Of a stretch of 64,000 bases of DNA, positions 26,174 through 36,181 are shown piece by piece. Position 1 is the stretch's first letter; each line of letters starts with the position of its first letter. A program made the position numbers and the translations under genes. The notes under the pieces were generated by a model, which saw nothing but the letters and a program-made list of their open reading frames with translations, did not search any database and was not told the origin of the DNA. Source of the stretch: Bacteroidia bacterium (GTDB taxonomy: Bacteria; Bacteroidota; Bacteroidia; UBA7662); the NCBI GenBank assembly GCA_041688385.1, contig JBDNIH010000168.1, positions 4,312 to 68,311 of the forward strand. The letters are read 5' to 3'.

Positions 26174-27289
26174 ATGAATTCCTCCACTCAGTCTGCGGTT
26201 TCTGTTGGCGATGTAGCCGCAAGTCTCGAAAAACTAGCACCGCTAGCTTGGCAAGAGCCCTACGACAACTGCGGACTCCTCGCTGGTGAAGCGTCAACCC
26301 AACTTACAGGTATATTGGTTTCACTCGATGTGACCGAAGCAGTAGTAGAGGAGGCCATTGAAAAGGGGTGCAACCTCATTGTGAGCCATCATCCGCTGAT
26401 TTTTAGCGGACTGAAGTCAATTACAGGTAAAAACTGGGTAGAACGCACCCTCCTCAAAGCCCTGCGGAACAACATCTGCCTCTACGCTATTCATACCAAC
26501 CTGGATAATTTGTCGGCAGGCGTCAACCAAATTTTTGCTGACAAAATCGGACTCGAAAAAACAAGCATACTCGCTCCAAAAAAGGGAACACTTAAAAAAC
26601 TGGTCACTTTTGTGCCCAATACCGCCCTTGAAGAAGTCCGTGCAGCTTTGTTTTCTGCTGGCGCTGGTCAAATTGGTTTGTATGACCAAGCCAGTTTTAA
26701 TACCTTAGGTACGGGTACTTTCCGGCCACTGGCGGGCTCAAATCCTCACATAGGCGAAAAAAATCAGTTTACCCAAGTCGCGGAGACACGCATCGAACTG
26801 CTGTTTGAAAGTCACCTACAATCCGCCTTGTTGAAAGCTCTTTTTGCGAGCCATCCCTACGAAGAAGTCGCCTACGACCTCTATGCTCTAGAAAATAAAC
26901 AGCAAGATTTAGGTAGTGGTCGCATCGGTTTACTGCCTCATCCGATGGAGAGCAACGCCTTTTTGCAATTGCTCAAAGCGACTTTTGGCGGTGGCTTGCG
27001 GTATACCCCCCTTGTCAAAAAAAAGGTGCAGAAAATAGCAGTTTGCGGGGGCTCAGGCTCCTTTTTATTGGAAGCGGCGGTAGCCGCTGGGGCAGATGTT
27101 TTAGTAACGGCAGACTTCAAATACCACCAATTTTTGGAGGCCGATAATCGCCTGCTGATAGCTGATATCGGACACTTTGAAAGCGAGCAGTTTACGATTA
27201 CGCTATTGACTAACTACCTAAGGGAAAATTTCACTAATTTTGCAACCCTGTCAATCGAAACGAAGACGAATCCAGTCAATTATTTATAA
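26174..27289 (+). CDS. Nif3-family dinuclear metal centre protein (YqfO/GTP cyclohydrolase 1 type 2 homolog)
   Basis: The 371 aa protein has the Nif3 motifs (LIVSHHPLIF, IHTNLD) and a central inserted domain. Confidence 0.85.
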   Translation: MNSSTQSAVSVGDVAASLEKLAPLAWQEPYDNCGLLAGEASTQLTGILVSLDVTEAVVEEAIEKGCNLIVSHHPLIFSGLKSITGKNWVERTLLKALRNNICLYAIHTNLDNLSAGVNQIFADKIGLEKTSILAPKKGTLKKLVTFVPNTALEEVRAALFSAGAGQIGLYDQASFNTLGTGTFRPLAGSNPHIGEKNQFTQVAETRIELLFESHLQSALLKALFASHPYEEVAYDLYALENKQQDLGSGRIGLLPHPMESNAFLQLLKATFGGGLRYTPLVKKKVQKIAVCGGSGSFLLEAAVAAGADVLVTADFKYHQFLEADNRLLIADIGHFESEQFTITLLTNYLRENFTNFATLSIETKTNPVNYL

Positions 27290-27295
27290 GCAAGC

Positions 27296-28033
27296 ATGGA
27301 AACCACTGTAGAACAAAAACTGCGGGCCCTTTACGAACTCCAGAGAATCGACACCAAAATCGACGGCATCCGCAAAATGCGAGGCGAGTTACCGATGGAA
27401 GTGAAAGATCTGGAAGACGATATCATTGGTCTGGAGACCCGTTTGAGTAAGTTCAACGACGATATCGCTGGCCTGAAAAAGCTGATCGCGGAAAAACAAG
27501 CCTTCATCAAGGACGCCGTAGCCCTCAAAGCGAAATACGAAACCCAGTTGATGACGGTAAAAAATAGCCGTGAATACGATGCCCTCTCGAAAGAAATTGA
27601 GATTCAAGGCCTCGAGGTTCAAATCGCTGAGAAAAAAATCCGCGAGTTCACCGTGCAGCTTGAGCAGCGCACAGGCGACTTACAAATCCTCACCGATGAA
27701 CACGCAGGCCGTTTAAAAGACCTCGCCGCAAAAAAAGGTGAGCTCGACGAAATCATCGCCGAAACCGAAAAAGACGAGCAGCAATTGCAGGTTCGTTCAA
27801 CCAAAGCCGAAGCAGCAATCGAAGATCGTTTGTTGACGGCTTACAAGCGGATTCGCAATAATGCACGCAACGGTCTGGCCGTAGTAAGCGTACAGCGTGA
27901 TGCATGCGGTGGTTGTTTTAACCAAATCCCACCACAACGTCAGATGGACATTCGCACACGGAAAAAAATTGCCATTTGCGAACATTGCGGACGCATTTTG
28001 GTAGATGCCGAAATCGACGTTGTAGAAGCCTAA
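27296..28033 (+). CDS. Coiled-coil C4 zinc-ribbon protein (COG1579 family, conserved Nif3 partner)
   Basis: The 245 aa protein is mostly long coiled coil and ends with a CGGC...CEHCGRIL zinc ribbon. Confidence 0.75.
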   Translation: METTVEQKLRALYELQRIDTKIDGIRKMRGELPMEVKDLEDDIIGLETRLSKFNDDIAGLKKLIAEKQAFIKDAVALKAKYETQLMTVKNSREYDALSKEIEIQGLEVQIAEKKIREFTVQLEQRTGDLQILTDEHAGRLKDLAAKKGELDEIIAETEKDEQQLQVRSTKAEAAIEDRLLTAYKRIRNNARNGLAVVSVQRDACGGCFNQIPPQRQMDIRTRKKIAICEHCGRILVDAEIDVVEA

Positions 28034-28047
28034 GCCATCCCTTACGG

Positions 28048-29529
28048 ATGAAAATGAAGCTGATGCTAGCTGTCGGCCTTGCAGTCCTCACCTCGGTGCG
28101 GCCTTGCAAGGCCGATTTTATTTTTTCGACCAATATCAGTCGAGGCATCGATGCGGCCATCCGCATGGAAACGGGTTTGGCCGAACAGCTGTTGGCCGCC
28201 GAAAAAAGTAGTGCCCCAAAAAACACTCTGGTGGTACTACTCGAGAATTATATTGATTTCTATAGCCTGATTTTATACGACAATCCTGCTGCCTTCGAAA
28301 AGCGGGAAACAAAAGCCGCCGCGCGCTTCAGTCGGCTCGAAGCCGACCAAACGGCTTCGCCCTGGAAAGGGTACGTCCATGCTGAAATGCAGTTGCAATG
28401 GACTTTGATGCATGCGGCGCAGAAAAATTACCTGAGCGCCATCAGGGCTATGAATAAGGCAAAAAACGCAGCTGCCGAGAATGAAAAAGCCTATCCAAAA
28501 TTTTTGCTCAACGCCAAAACTAGCGGCTTGCTCGATGCTGTTTTTGGTTCGGTACCTAATAATTATAAGTGGATGACCGATTTGGCTGGCTTTAAAGGCA
28601 ACCAAGAAACTGGTCTCAGACAATACCAAGCCTTGCTCGGCCAAATCAGCAGTGGTGCCTATGCGTGTTTTAGCACCGAAATCCGATTGATACTGGCTTA
28701 TATGTATATGTACATACGAGAAGACAAAAAAACGGCCTGGACGATGATGAGCAATCCTGCTAACAGCCCAGAAACCAATTTGCTGACGTGTTTTTTCATC
28801 GGAAATTTGTCGCGCCAACTGGGTAATAATGATTTGGGCATTTCCACCTTGCTCAAAAGACCTACCGGTAAAAGTTATTTGCAGCTACCTTATTTTGATT
28901 ATCAACTGGGTAGTTTGTTGGTGTACAAAGGCGACGCCCGTGCAGTGATTTATCTCAATCGTTACCTGCAACAAAAAGAGGTTGAAGATTTTAAAAAAGA
29001 TGCCGCAATGCGTTTGTCGTGGTATTATTTGATGGAAGATGAGGCCGAAAAATTTGCGGACTACCAGAAGTTGGTGAAGACAATCGGTCGGGAGCACAAC
29101 GACAAAGACAAACAAGCTTTAAAAGAGGTCAGCCGGAATACCGCCTACAACCCGCGTTTGCTTGAAGCACGTATGCGTTACGATGGCGGTTATTTTGAAC
29201 GGGCCCATTCCCTTTTAGAAAAAATAGATTTTGAAAGCCTATCTACCGAAGATCGTATTGAGTTTTACTACCGGCAAGGCCGAGTTTTGCACGATTCGGG
29301 CAAAAGTTTCGAGGCGCTGTCGCCTTACACGGCATGTGTGAAACTGGGCAGTAATGATGGCAATTATCTCCCAGCAAACGCTTGTTTACTTTTAGGGAGC
29401 ATTTACGAAGACCGCAAGGATGTGGTTCGTGCACGCTTTTATTATCAGAAGTGCCTGAGTTACGACAAACATTCCTACACCAGCAGTATGCACATGCGGG
29501 CTAGAGCAGGTTTAAAACGGCTGAAATAG
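28048..29529 (+). CDS. Secreted TPR-like repeat protein, hypothetical
   Basis: The track ORF is 27976..29529. The likely start is MKMKLMLAVGLAVLTS (a signal peptide) at 28048. The body is helical-repeat rich. Confidence 0.45.
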   Translation: MKMKLMLAVGLAVLTSVRPCKADFIFSTNISRGIDAAIRMETGLAEQLLAAEKSSAPKNTLVVLLENYIDFYSLILYDNPAAFEKRETKAAARFSRLEADQTASPWKGYVHAEMQLQWTLMHAAQKNYLSAIRAMNKAKNAAAENEKAYPKFLLNAKTSGLLDAVFGSVPNNYKWMTDLAGFKGNQETGLRQYQALLGQISSGAYACFSTEIRLILAYMYMYIREDKKTAWTMMSNPANSPETNLLTCFFIGNLSRQLGNNDLGISTLLKRPTGKSYLQLPYFDYQLGSLLVYKGDARAVIYLNRYLQQKEVEDFKKDAAMRLSWYYLMEDEAEKFADYQKLVKTIGREHNDKDKQALKEVSRNTAYNPRLLEARMRYDGGYFERAHSLLEKIDFESLSTEDRIEFYYRQGRVLHDSGKSFEALSPYTACVKLGSNDGNYLPANACLLLGSIYEDRKDVVRARFYYQKCLSYDKHSYTSSMHMRARAGLKRLK

Positions 29530-29530
29530 G

Positions 29531-29566
29531 CAAAAAAACCGGTTCTCAACAGAACCGGTTTTTTTA
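29531..29566. terminator. Bidirectional rho-independent terminator
   Basis: AAAAAAACCGGTTCT-CAACA-GAACCGGTTTTTTT is a perfect 8-bp stem flanked by an A-run and a T-run. It lies between convergent genes. Confidence 0.75.
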
Positions 29567-29579
29567 TGCGCTGATCAGG

Positions 29580-30074
29580 CTATTTGAAACGGAAACGTAT
29601 CGACAAGCCAAAACCGCCCCCATCAAAATAGCTGCCACCATAGAGGTTCATACTTGGCTTCCAGTCAAGCGACATATTCAATGGAGCACTTGGGAAATTA
29701 TACTGCATACCCAATGCACCATCGATGCCAATGCCTGTAGAGCCATTGTAGTAGCGGTTATCAAAATGGCGGTTGTTGGTGTTGTAAAACCAAATGTGCC
29801 CGCCGGCACCTACAAACCAGTCCAAGCCAGGTGCGATACCTGTTGGTGCATGGAAAAAATGGTAGAGAACGGTTAGATTGGTCGACCAGCCGCGAGTGGC
29901 CAATATACCTTCGATGGCAGCACTGCCAAAGTGATGTTTAAGGGTAAGCCCTTGTTCGTTGCCTAAACGGGCGCCGATGCTGGTACCTCCTGAACTTGAG
30001 TAGCCTTTTTGTGCCTGGCTTTCAAGGGTGAACATCAATGCGCAAATCGTGCTGAGTAAAAGTAGTTTTTTCAT
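29580..30074 (-). CDS. Small outer-membrane beta-barrel protein
   Basis: The 164 aa protein has a signal peptide (MKKLLLLSTICALMFTLESQA), Gly/aromatic-rich beta-strand repeats and a C-terminal RFRFK. Confidence 0.6.
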   Translation of the reverse strand: MKKLLLLSTICALMFTLESQAQKGYSSSGGTSIGARLGNEQGLTLKHHFGSAAIEGILATRGWSTNLTVLYHFFHAPTGIAPGLDWFVGAGGHIWFYNTNNRHFDNRYYNGSTGIGIDGALGMQYNFPSAPLNMSLDWKPSMNLYGGSYFDGGGFGLSIRFRFK

Positions 30075-30250
30075 CTTGTGGTTTTATGAGGTAAAGCTAT
30101 GTGATTATTGCTTCAACCAAGCTTAATGTGGGTTTTATGTAACTTTTTGTGCCTCTCGGGAGATAAAAGCTGTTGTGCGGCTGTGCTGTCTGCACTTGGG
30201 CAAAGCGCGACTATTTTATCCTAATCCTGCAAAAAAAATGGTTCAGCCTT

Positions 30251-31650
30251 TAGCTGGAAAAATGGAGAAATACCTTAAAGCGTTTCCCTACCCACATACC
30301 GAGGATTGACGCCCCAAAACCCAGCAAAAGTGCAGGGAAGGATGCTTGGGCGGCGTATTCAAAATAGCACCAAACCATACCCCCGAAAATCACCGAAAAG
30401 ATTGCACCCCAAGCTGCGGCCTTTTGGTGTACAAGGCGCTAAAAAGCGGCACGAGCAAGGCGACCAAACCAAGCACACTCGACTCGCCCACCAAGGCATA
30501 GATGTTATTGCGTAAAAGGGCCATTCAGCAGTCAAAACAGGCTATTGCTATCACCGACAAACGCAGCAACAGCAATAGCTATTTGTCTTCAAGTTTGCAT
30601 TTACACAGTGGCTTGATGATGTTTCCGGTGCGTATAGCGGCAGGTGCCAGTAATGAACCTGAACAGGTGCTAAAAATAGCCGAAATGACTGCGCCGAAAA
30701 ACAAAACCTGTAACCAGAATGGACTATGCGCCAAAATCAGTCGTGGAAGTAGCTGCTGCACATCTCCCGTCAGCCAATCGGGGTACATCTGCCTGGCGAT
30801 AAGGACAATGCACAACGGAAATGCCGCAATGAGCAGGTACAAAAACGCGCCAATGTAAAAGGAATACACAGCTGTATTTTCGTTTTTGTTGGCGTTCATA
30901 CGCTGGAAGATGTCTTGTGAGGGTAGGCTGCCTAATCCGATGGTCACCCAGCCTGCCAGATACACCAACCAAGCCTGTGGATTGGGCTCGGGCGTCATCC
31001 GGAAAAAAACCGACTTCCGTGTGGGTCAACACTTGATCTAAACCACCCACCTCACTGCTCAGCTGCCACAATGCTGCTCCTAAACCAGCAACAACGAGTA
31101 TGCTCTACACAAAATCTGTCAAGGATATGGCCCACATCCCGCCGGCAATGGTATACGCCGCAACGATGCAACAGCTTATGCTGATACCTTGTGTCAGGCT
31201 CAGGTCTGTAACCAACTCCAACAACAATCCTAGGGCCACCAATTGGGCGGCGACATAGCCGAAAAAAGTCAATAACATGGCCACAGAAGCGAGCAACTCC
31301 TCCTTTTGACCATAACGATTACGGTACAAATCGCCCAAGGTGAGCAGATTCATCCGATAAAGTTTCCGGCTAAAAATGAGTCCAAATAAAAGCAGACAAA
31401 GTGCGCCGCCAGAAGGGTCCTCGATCATGCCGATTAGGCCATATGTTGCAAACTCACCGCTGGCACCAAAAAGAGTTTCAGAGCCAAACCAAAGTGCAAA
31501 AAGAGCGGTGGAGCTCATGAAAAGTGGTATTCTCCGACCTGCATTGATGTAGTCGCCGCTGTTTTTAACACGTCGAGCAGCCCAAAATCCCACCAAAAGA
31601 GGGAGTGCTATGTAGGCGATGATCTATGGCAACAACACGCCGACAGCAAC
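30251..31650 (-). pseudogene. Sodium:solute symporter family (SSF, PutP/OpuE-like) gene, decayed: 2 in-frame TAG codons plus at least 3 frameshifts
   Basis: SSF hallmark segments (GRRIPLFMSSTALFALWFGSETLFGASGEF; GSLPSQDIFQRMNANKNE; C-terminal ...AAAWGAIFSVIFGGMVWCYFEY...) are spread over four reading frames and pieces. There is a TAG inside TM1 at 31624-31626 and a TAG at 31105-31107 where SSF proteins have TDFVQ. One frameshift falls in an A7/T7 run (31003-31009) and another near 30440-30450. The stop is at about 30251. Confidence 0.65.
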
Positions 31651-32453
31651 TAAGCAGGAAACTGTTTGCGGAGGATATCGAGCAATTCGGTATAAACAGG
31701 AGGTGTGCCGGCTAAAATTTCGAGTCCATAGAGGTATTTATTGCCGCCATGAAAATCAGTGACGATACCGCCCGCTTCTTGAACCAGCAGGGCTCCCGCA
31801 GCTACATCCCAGGGTTTGAGATTGTATTCAAAATAAGCTTCAAAACGCCCGGCAGCAACATAAGCCAGATCGAGCGCTGCAGAACCGAGTCGGCGCATGC
31901 CCTGACTGCCTTGCATACATTGCCGCAGCACCTCGAGATAAGCGGGCATTTTATCGAAATTGTAGTAAGGGAAGCCGGTTGCGAGCAGACTTTCGTTCAT
32001 CGTAGGCACCTTGCTTACGTGTATAGGTTGGCCGTTTAGAAACGCGCCGCCATTTTTTACGGCACTAAAACATTCGCCACGACTGACCTCATACACCACG
32101 CCGAGCTGTAGCGTATCTCCATAAATCAAGGCAATACTTATCGAGAAAAATGGGAGGCCGTGGATGAAGTTAGTGGTGCCATCCAGCGGATCGATAATCC
32201 AGCGCCAAGCTTTGTCTTCTTGGATAACGGTACCCTCTTCGGTAAGAAAACCGGCATCGGGGAGGAGAACCTCTAGACTAGCGACCAGGGCTTGCTCCGA
32301 TTCGCGGTCGACATAACTCACCAAATCATGCAATCCTTTGTATTCAATACGTTCACGCCCAAAACCCTGTAATTCGTTGAGTTGAAACTTTCCTACCTTA
32401 CGGCAGAGTTCGATAACTTCCTGAGCGAGTTGTTGAAGGGCAGCTGTGGTCAT
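31650..32453 (-). CDS. suhB: Inositol monophosphatase family protein (SuhB-like)
   Basis: The track ORF extends to 32612, but the likely start is MTTAALQQLA (32453), which overlaps the lnt stop (ATGA). The motifs WIIDPLDGTTNF and the metal-binding residues are present. Confidence 0.85.
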   Translation of the reverse strand: MTTAALQQLAQEVIELCRKVGKFQLNELQGFGRERIEYKGLHDLVSYVDRESEQALVASLEVLLPDAGFLTEEGTVIQEDKAWRWIIDPLDGTTNFIHGLPFFSISIALIYGDTLQLGVVYEVSRGECFSAVKNGGAFLNGQPIHVSKVPTMNESLLATGFPYYNFDKMPAYLEVLRQCMQGSQGMRRLGSAALDLAYVAAGRFEAYFEYNLKPWDVAAGALLVQEAGGIVTDFHGGNKYLYGLEILAGTPPVYTELLDILRKQFPA

Positions 32454-34114
32454 GGTCGAAGAGATTTTTTGGTACGGGAGCGCGCCAGACTGATAAGGTA
32501 GATTAAAACCGCCAGAAAAGCAGCTGTACGGGGGATATAATCGCCGTAACGGGTATAAAAGCTGAGCTCTTCGTTCAGATGCACTTTTGCGGTAAGCGTG
32601 GTTTGTTCCCACCAGCCGGTTTGCCCCACAATATCACCGCGCTGATTGATAAAGCCGGAGATACCTGTATTGGCCGAACGGGCAACATCCCGACGGTTTT
32701 CGATGGCCCGAAGTCTTGCAAAAGCCATATGCTGGCGGTAGCCATCGGTATCGCCCCACCAGCCGTCGTTGGTGATGATAGCAATGAGGTTGGCACCATC
32801 GCGGATGTAGCTGGTAACAAAACCTCCAAAAATTGATTCATAACAAATCACCGGCGCTGCAGCAATGCCGGCGTGTTGGAAGACGGCTCTTTCGGTTTGT
32901 GTGCCCAGCGTGCCGGACATGCCCCCTAAATTCAAGGCAAAAGCATCGAGTAAACCCATGACTTTGGGGTAGGGCATTTTCTCGACGCCGACTACCAATT
33001 TGCTTTTGTGGTAAACGAGCGGCTCAGCACCATTGCGGTAGAGTAAGGCGCTATTGTGTGGGAGATAATAACCGCCATTGGGGTGTTGACGGGCAAAATC
33101 AGGAAGTTTTGCCCCTTGTTCGTAGCCGGTAACCGCACTGGCACCGACTAAAAAAGCAGGGCCTTCATAATTGGATAAAAAACTTTTAATAGCACCCTGT
33201 TGCCAGTTTTCATCTCCCCGGTTCAGCCACAAACTACCCGGAATAGAGGTTTCAGGCCACAAAACCAGTCGGGTTTCGGGTGTCATAGAGCGGTCGCTGA
33301 GCAGCAAAAGGGTGTCGAGCTGCAAACCATATAATTCCTGATCGAATTTACCCGCATAAGGATCAAAATTGGGCTGCACCACCGACACCTCGGCGGTTAG
33401 ACCCTTGGCTTGGTAACCCGAATAGGTGGCGTACGACCACACCGCAGGGACAGCCAACAGGACAGCGAAGCGCACATAATAACGCAAAGCACTCCAGCCA
33501 AACCAACGTTTTTCATCTGCATCCACGGCTGGGTTTAAGCGCAGTAAGCTATGTTTGATGGCATAGAATAGGGCAATATTCAACAGCAAAACCCATAAAC
33601 TGCCCCCAAAAGCTCCAGTTTTATCGTACCACTGCACCAGTTCAGGGGTATTGGCAAAAGTATTTCCGATAGTTAGCCAAGGAAATTCTAAATCCCACTG
33701 GTAATGCAGGTATTCATAGCTTATCCAGAAGCAAATTAAGCCGACGAGCGCAATACGTTCGCCCATCCGCTTTTTCAGTTGATGGAAGAGGTAAAATGCC
33801 ATACTCATCAAGAGGGTATTCGTTAGAATGGATGAAATAGCCCCAATCCAAGCGGCATTTTTAATCCACCACAAGCAAAGGGTGTTGAGTAGCAGAAATT
33901 GCAAGGAGCTCCATAAAAACAGCTGTTTGCCACTGTCGGCCCTGCCGCTGAAAAACAAGTCGTCTTCAATCAGAAGCATAGGCACCAAGAAAAAAAACGC
34001 GAGGTATATTTGGTTGTTGGGTGGAAAAGCCAACCAAAAGAATAAGGCGCCCAATAGCGCATAGAACAACTTAGCGGATCGGGGCTGCGCCAGCCAAAAC
34101 AAGTACGAATTCAC
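32450..34114 (-). CDS. lnt: Apolipoprotein N-acyltransferase
   Basis: The 554 aa protein has N-terminal polytopic transmembrane segments and a C-N hydrolase domain with the catalytic Cys in VICYESIF. Confidence 0.85.
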   Translation of the reverse strand: MNSYLFWLAQPRSAKLFYALLGALFFWLAFPPNNQIYLAFFFLVPMLLIEDDLFFSGRADSGKQLFLWSSLQFLLLNTLCLWWIKNAAWIGAISSILTNTLLMSMAFYLFHQLKKRMGERIALVGLICFWISYEYLHYQWDLEFPWLTIGNTFANTPELVQWYDKTGAFGGSLWVLLLNIALFYAIKHSLLRLNPAVDADEKRWFGWSALRYYVRFAVLLAVPAVWSYATYSGYQAKGLTAEVSVVQPNFDPYAGKFDQELYGLQLDTLLLLSDRSMTPETRLVLWPETSIPGSLWLNRGDENWQQGAIKSFLSNYEGPAFLVGASAVTGYEQGAKLPDFARQHPNGGYYLPHNSALLYRNGAEPLVYHKSKLVVGVEKMPYPKVMGLLDAFALNLGGMSGTLGTQTERAVFQHAGIAAAPVICYESIFGGFVTSYIRDGANLIAIITNDGWWGDTDGYRQHMAFARLRAIENRRDVARSANTGISGFINQRGDIVGQTGWWEQTTLTAKVHLNEELSFYTRYGDYIPRTAAFLAVLIYLISLARSRTKKSLRP

Positions 34115-34781
34115 CTTTTGGAGTGGTTTTTTTAAAGTGAGCGGCCAATTCAGTCAAACTGCCACGTCGGGTTTCTTCAAACTTTTTGCTGATTTCACGC
34201 GAAACCGAGGCCTGACGGTCGCCGCAATACACGGCCAACTCTTCTAAGGTTTTGACGATACGGTAGGGCGATTCGTAAAAAACTAAGCTGCGGGTTTCGG
34301 TGGACAGCTCTTTGAGTCGCGTTTGACGCCCTTTTTTCTGGGGTAAAAAGCCTTCAAATACAAAACGGTCGCAGGGCAAGCCTGAAACAACTAATGCGGG
34401 CACAAAAGCGGTGGCCCCCGGTAAACATTCCATGGGTAATCCAGCTTCGGAACAGGCACGGGCCAACAAAAAACCAGGGTCGGAGATACCGGGCGTGCCG
34501 GCATCGGAGATGAGTGCGATGGTTTTGCCAGCAGCGATGAGCTCTACCAGTCGTTGGGTTTGGTGGTGTTCGTTGAATTTGTGGTACGACTGCAGCGGAT
34601 TCTTTATGCCGTAATGTTTGAGCAGCACCCCACTAGTACGGGTATCTTCACACAAAATCAAATCAGCCTCGCCCAGCAGCCGCAAAGCACGTGCGGTGAT
34701 GTCTTCGAGGTTGCCAATTGGGGTTGGGATAAAAATGAGACTGCCAGTATCCTTATTCACGGCCTTGAAGATAAGTGGCAA
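34071..34781 (-). CDS. rsmI: 16S rRNA (cytidine1402-2'-O)-methyltransferase
   Basis: The tetrapyrrole-methylase-like fold carries LIFIPTPIGN and DTR motifs (LCEDTRTSGVLL). 236 aa. Confidence 0.85.
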   Translation of the reverse strand: MPLIFKAVNKDTGSLIFIPTPIGNLEDITARALRLLGEADLILCEDTRTSGVLLKHYGIKNPLQSYHKFNEHHQTQRLVELIAAGKTIALISDAGTPGISDPGFLLARACSEAGLPMECLPGATAFVPALVVSGLPCDRFVFEGFLPQKKGRQTRLKELSTETRSLVFYESPYRIVKTLEELAVYCGDRQASVSREISKKFEETRRGSLTELAAHFKKTTPKGEFVLVLAGAAPIR

Positions 34782-35949
34782 AATCGGCTATCAAACCAAA
34801 AATGGCTTCATAATGCGAAAATGGAAGTGCCTCGGCTACGTCAAAAACATTGTGGTAGGCGGTAACGTCACCAAGGGTGTAGATGAAAAAGGCAGGGACT
34901 TTCCGGCGACTAAAGGGATAATGGTCACTATTGCGGGTGTTCTCGCGGGCTACAACTTTGGCAAGCTGATAGGTACTTGCATTACGATCGACTAAATATT
35001 GGTAGGCTTCCCGGTGACTAGTAGCATTCACCACAGTGATGCCTTCGCTGCCACCACCCATCAAATCGAGGTTAATGACAAAGCGGATGGAAGAGAGGGG
35101 AACCAGTGGGTCTTCCTCTACAAAATAAGAACTGCCAACTAATCCAGCTTCTTCGGCACCAAAAGCAATGAAAAGGAGGGAGTAGGCCGGACGGTTTTGT
35201 GGCTGACTAAAATGCCGGGCTAAGTCAAGCAGCATGGCCGTACCCGAGGCATTGTCGTGAGCACCGGGGAAGGTGGTTTGTGTACCCATCTGTCCAAGAT
35301 GATCGTAATGTGCGCATATCACCACAAAGGAATCGGGGCGTGAACTGCCGCGCAGCAAACCTACTACATTGGCTTGACGTTGTTCCTTAAACTGACTGTT
35401 GACGATATAATCGACCCGCTTCAGTTTGACGGGCAGCACGCTGTCTTGCACCAAAAAGCGTAGCTGCGGTTGCACATCTCGCCCTACCGCCCATATTAAG
35501 GGGTTGGAGGTCGTTTCAATGAGAACAGGCTTAGTAGGCCCAGCGGCTAAACGCGGGGCGGCTTGACTTTGTGCATGTACTTCCACTTCTTTACCAGGTC
35601 TGGCTTTTTGACCACTACCTGCCCGACTTTGTGGATGTACGAGGTAGTGGATGCCAGGCGTGAGCAACCGGCCATTGAGGCGTAACCCTACCGTGTCGGG
35701 GAAGGTGTTGACTTCGAGCGAAAACCATTGCCGGTAATCGGTGCCAATGCTTTCGAGCCCAAGGCGGTTAAACTCCCTAGCGATGGCTTCGGCAGCGAGC
35801 TGTTGCCCATCGGCTACATAACCGCGACCCGAAAAAGTGCTACTCGACAGGGTATCTACCCATTTTTGGGCATAAAGCCGGTTTTGCCCGTACAAAAGTG
35901 CCGGGCAGAGGAGAAATAAAAGGAGGATGTTAGCCCGACACCAATTCAA
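34753..35949 (-). CDS. M28-family zinc aminopeptidase (secreted)
   Basis: It has a signal peptide. The metal ligands fall in the segments HYDHLG, AHDNASG and GAEEAGLVGS, all typical of M28. Confidence 0.75.
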   Translation of the reverse strand: MNWCRANILLLFLLCPALLYGQNRLYAQKWVDTLSSSTFSGRGYVADGQQLAAEAIAREFNRLGLESIGTDYRQWFSLEVNTFPDTVGLRLNGRLLTPGIHYLVHPQSRAGSGQKARPGKEVEVHAQSQAAPRLAAGPTKPVLIETTSNPLIWAVGRDVQPQLRFLVQDSVLPVKLKRVDYIVNSQFKEQRQANVVGLLRGSSRPDSFVVICAHYDHLGQMGTQTTFPGAHDNASGTAMLLDLARHFSQPQNRPAYSLLFIAFGAEEAGLVGSSYFVEEDPLVPLSSIRFVINLDLMGGGSEGITVVNATSHREAYQYLVDRNASTYQLAKVVARENTRNSDHYPFSRRKVPAFFIYTLGDVTAYHNVFDVAEALPFSHYEAIFGLIADFATYLQGRE

Positions 35950-36181
35950 AACGGTACGACTCCATGATGAGGTTGGCTAGCAATTTTTTGCAAGCAGCAT
36001 CTACTTCGGCATGTGCTTCAACCTCTGTAGCTGCTTCGAGCTGTAAGGTGATGTGTTTACCCACACGGACCGAGCTGATATTGTTAAGTCCGAGGTTGCG
36101 TAGGCCAGCGTTAACGGCTTTACCCTGAGGATCTAACAAAGCTTCGAGGGGCATGATGTCGATTTCGGCGCGGAATTTCAT
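35930..36181 (-). CDS. purS: Phosphoribosylformylglycinamidine synthase subunit PurS
   Basis: The 83 aa protein follows the PurS pattern (DPQGKAV...GLRNLG...VRVGK). Confidence 0.8.
   Translation of the reverse strand: MKFRAEIDIMPLEALLDPQGKAVNAGLRNLGLNNISSVRVGKHITLQLEAATEVEAHAEVDAACKKLLANLIMESYRFELVSG

Noticed and set aside
31594-31596. A TTG 'start' is given for the 163-aa symporter fragment.
   Set aside because: It falls inside TM1 of the SSF protein. The real N-terminus is upstream and is interrupted by an in-frame TAG. This is a pseudogene fragment, not a start site.
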